6,434 nucleotides of DNA. Source: a virus. Lineage: Duplodnaviria; Heunggongvirae; Uroviricota; Caudoviricetes. Positions 5,566 through 6,434 of this stretch are shown in pieces. Below the pieces are notes generated by a model that saw only the letters and a program-made list of their open reading frames with translations, searched no databases and was not told the origin of the DNA. A program made the translations under genes and the position numbers. The stretch is from the IMG/VR virus record IMGVR_UViG_2703719368_000016; one strand, 5' to 3'. Each line of letters begins with the position of its first letter. Within the stretch, counting starts at the first letter, position 1.

Positions 5566-5719
5566 TTAAAGGATGTGTCAAAGACTTCGCCACCACATTC
5601 TGGGCAAGAAAACTTGATTGTATTCATAACCAATTTCCTCTCGAGTAACAGACCCCTCAGAGGATACCACCTCGCCTGACGTGGTTAAAAGCAGGCAACG
5701 CTAACCACAAGGAGCCGAC

Positions 5720-5938
5720 ATGCAGAAACGAGAACCCGTCATCATCGCGCCAGACTATACCGATGATGAACTTTATGAGTGGATGCACCAGAAAATTAAT
5801 GCAGCGCAGGATCTGAAATGGGCCAATGAAGCCAGGGCTAAGCAGGCTGAAAATCTGTCCGCTCTGGAGCAGGATATCACCAATCTGGAAAAAGCAGCGG
5901 CATTAAGCATTGCCAGAATGATTACATACCCGCGTTAA
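5720..5938 (+). CDS. Small acidic, probably helical protein (72 aa); positionally like the small ORFs (ydfC-like) that precede dicF in Qin-type dicB operons
   Basis: ATG 5720 with AAGGAG RBS at 5708-5713. Product MQKREPVIIAPDYTDDELYEWMHQKINAAQDLKWANEARAKQAENLSALEQDITNLEKAAALSIARMITYPR. It lies between the PL-like promoter and the DicF-like RNA. The ydfC comparison rests on size and position only. Confidence 0.55.
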   Translation: MQKREPVIIAPDYTDDELYEWMHQKINAAQDLKWANEARAKQAENLSALEQDITNLEKAAALSIARMITYPR

Positions 5939-6279
5939 TAGCTAACCAACGAAGCTAAGGTTGGTAATTAAGGAGTTCTCCACGGGTGAGGTGGAGTGCG
6001 TGCGCCGGACACGGGTGAGCATACGGCACTGACAGTTTACTGAAAGGATATTTCCCTGAAAAGTCAGACCATAACGCGAAAGCGCACGGCGAGGTAGCTG
6101 GTTCATAGATAGCCTGTCGTTAAATTTTCGTCGACCGTGCGCTTCCGGTTGTGGCAATCCGCGAAATGGCGCGGCGGTAAGTATGGAGGGGTTATTCCTT
6201 CCCCCGTTGAGGACACCGGGTTGTCAGGTTGACCATACGCTTAAGTGACAACCCCGCTGCAACGCCCTCTGTTATCAAT

Positions 6280-6337
6280 TTTCTGGTGACGTTTGGCGGT
6301 ATCAGTTTTACTCCGTGACTGCTCTGCCGCCCTTTTT
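6280..6337 (+). ncRNA. dicF: DicF-like small RNA with intrinsic terminator (the prophage sRNA known to repress ftsZ translation)
   Basis: The sequence TTTCTGGTGACGTTTGGCGGTATCAGTTTTACTCCGTGACTGCTCTGCCGCCCTTTTT matches my recollection of E. coli DicF. GGCGG (6295-6299) pairs with CCGCC (6327-6331), followed by a T5 run at 6333-6337. Context fits: downstream of a repressor-controlled rightward promoter and a small ORF. Ends are approximate. Confidence 0.55.
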
Positions 6338-6434
6338 AAAGTGAATTTTGTGATGCGGTGAATGCGGCTGAGCGCACGCGGAACAGTTAAAACCAAAAAC
6401 AGTGTTATGGGGGGATTCTCTGTATCCGGCGTTA

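Noticed and set aside
5375-5596. Track ORFs 5378..5569 (+) and 5375..5596 (-) that cross the N gap
   Set aside because: Both are translated through 76 N, so frame and length are arbitrary. They cannot be called from this sequence.
5200-5720. Search for lambda-type nutL elements (boxA CGCTCTTTA-like, boxB 5-bp stem with GAAAA-type loop) in the rightward leader
   Set aside because: Only a weak boxA-like GCGCTTTAT inside the 5432-5466 palindrome; no boxB-like hairpin. The N gap could hide such sites, so no call.
5943-5966. Short hairpin ACCAAC...GTTGGT immediately after the 72-aa ORF stop
   Set aside because: Only a 6-bp stem with a 9-nt loop and no following U-tract; too weak to call a terminator.
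5942-6157. Minus-strand ORF 5942..6157 (71 aa)
   Set aside because: Arg-rich, low-complexity, no RBS, and it lies in the likely untranslated precursor region upstream of the DicF-like RNA.
6362-6434. Partial plus-strand ORF from ATG 6362 (MRLSARGTVKTKNSVMGGFSVSGV...) running off the window end
   Set aside because: No RBS, only 24 codons visible, and it does not resemble DicB as I recall it. More likely untranslated sequence between dicF and a downstream gene, but this cannot be decided without sequence beyond 6434.
1-6434. CRISPR arrays, tRNA/rRNA genes, IS elements or integrase/att sites
   Set aside because: No regularly spaced repeat-spacer array, no tRNA-like cloverleaf sequence, no transposase- or integrase-like ORF, and no terminal inverted repeats were seen. 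The window appears to be internal to the prophage.

Overview
This 6.4 kb window reads as the immunity and replication core of a lambdoid, Rac/CP-933P-like prophage from an E. coli-like enterobacterial genome. Everything here is from reading the sequence and from memory of protein families; no searches were run. A leftward early operon (minus strand) runs from a Cro-like YdaS gene through a YdaT-like gene, a replication initiator with an iteron cluster inside its linker, a DnaC-like helicase loader, a tandem winged-helix gene broken by a frameshift at an A7 run, a small HTH ORF, and an ORF that runs off the window start. Divergently (plus strand) a short CI-like repressor is followed by a 63-aa antitoxin and a 92-aa ParE-family toxin. 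I recognise this trio as the three-component paaR2-paaA2-parE2 arrangement described in an E. coli O157:H7 cryptic prophage, so it is probably a known system rather than a new one. Downstream, a second copy of the operator/promoter motifs (PL-like) points rightward into a leader interrupted by a 76-N gap, then a 72-aa ORF and a DicF-like sRNA with an intrinsic terminator near the window end. The most checkable oddities are the A7 frameshift, the 30-bp-periodic iterons, the duplicated operator/promoter pair flanking the repressor-TA cassette, and a perfect 11-bp inverted repeat in the rightward leader.
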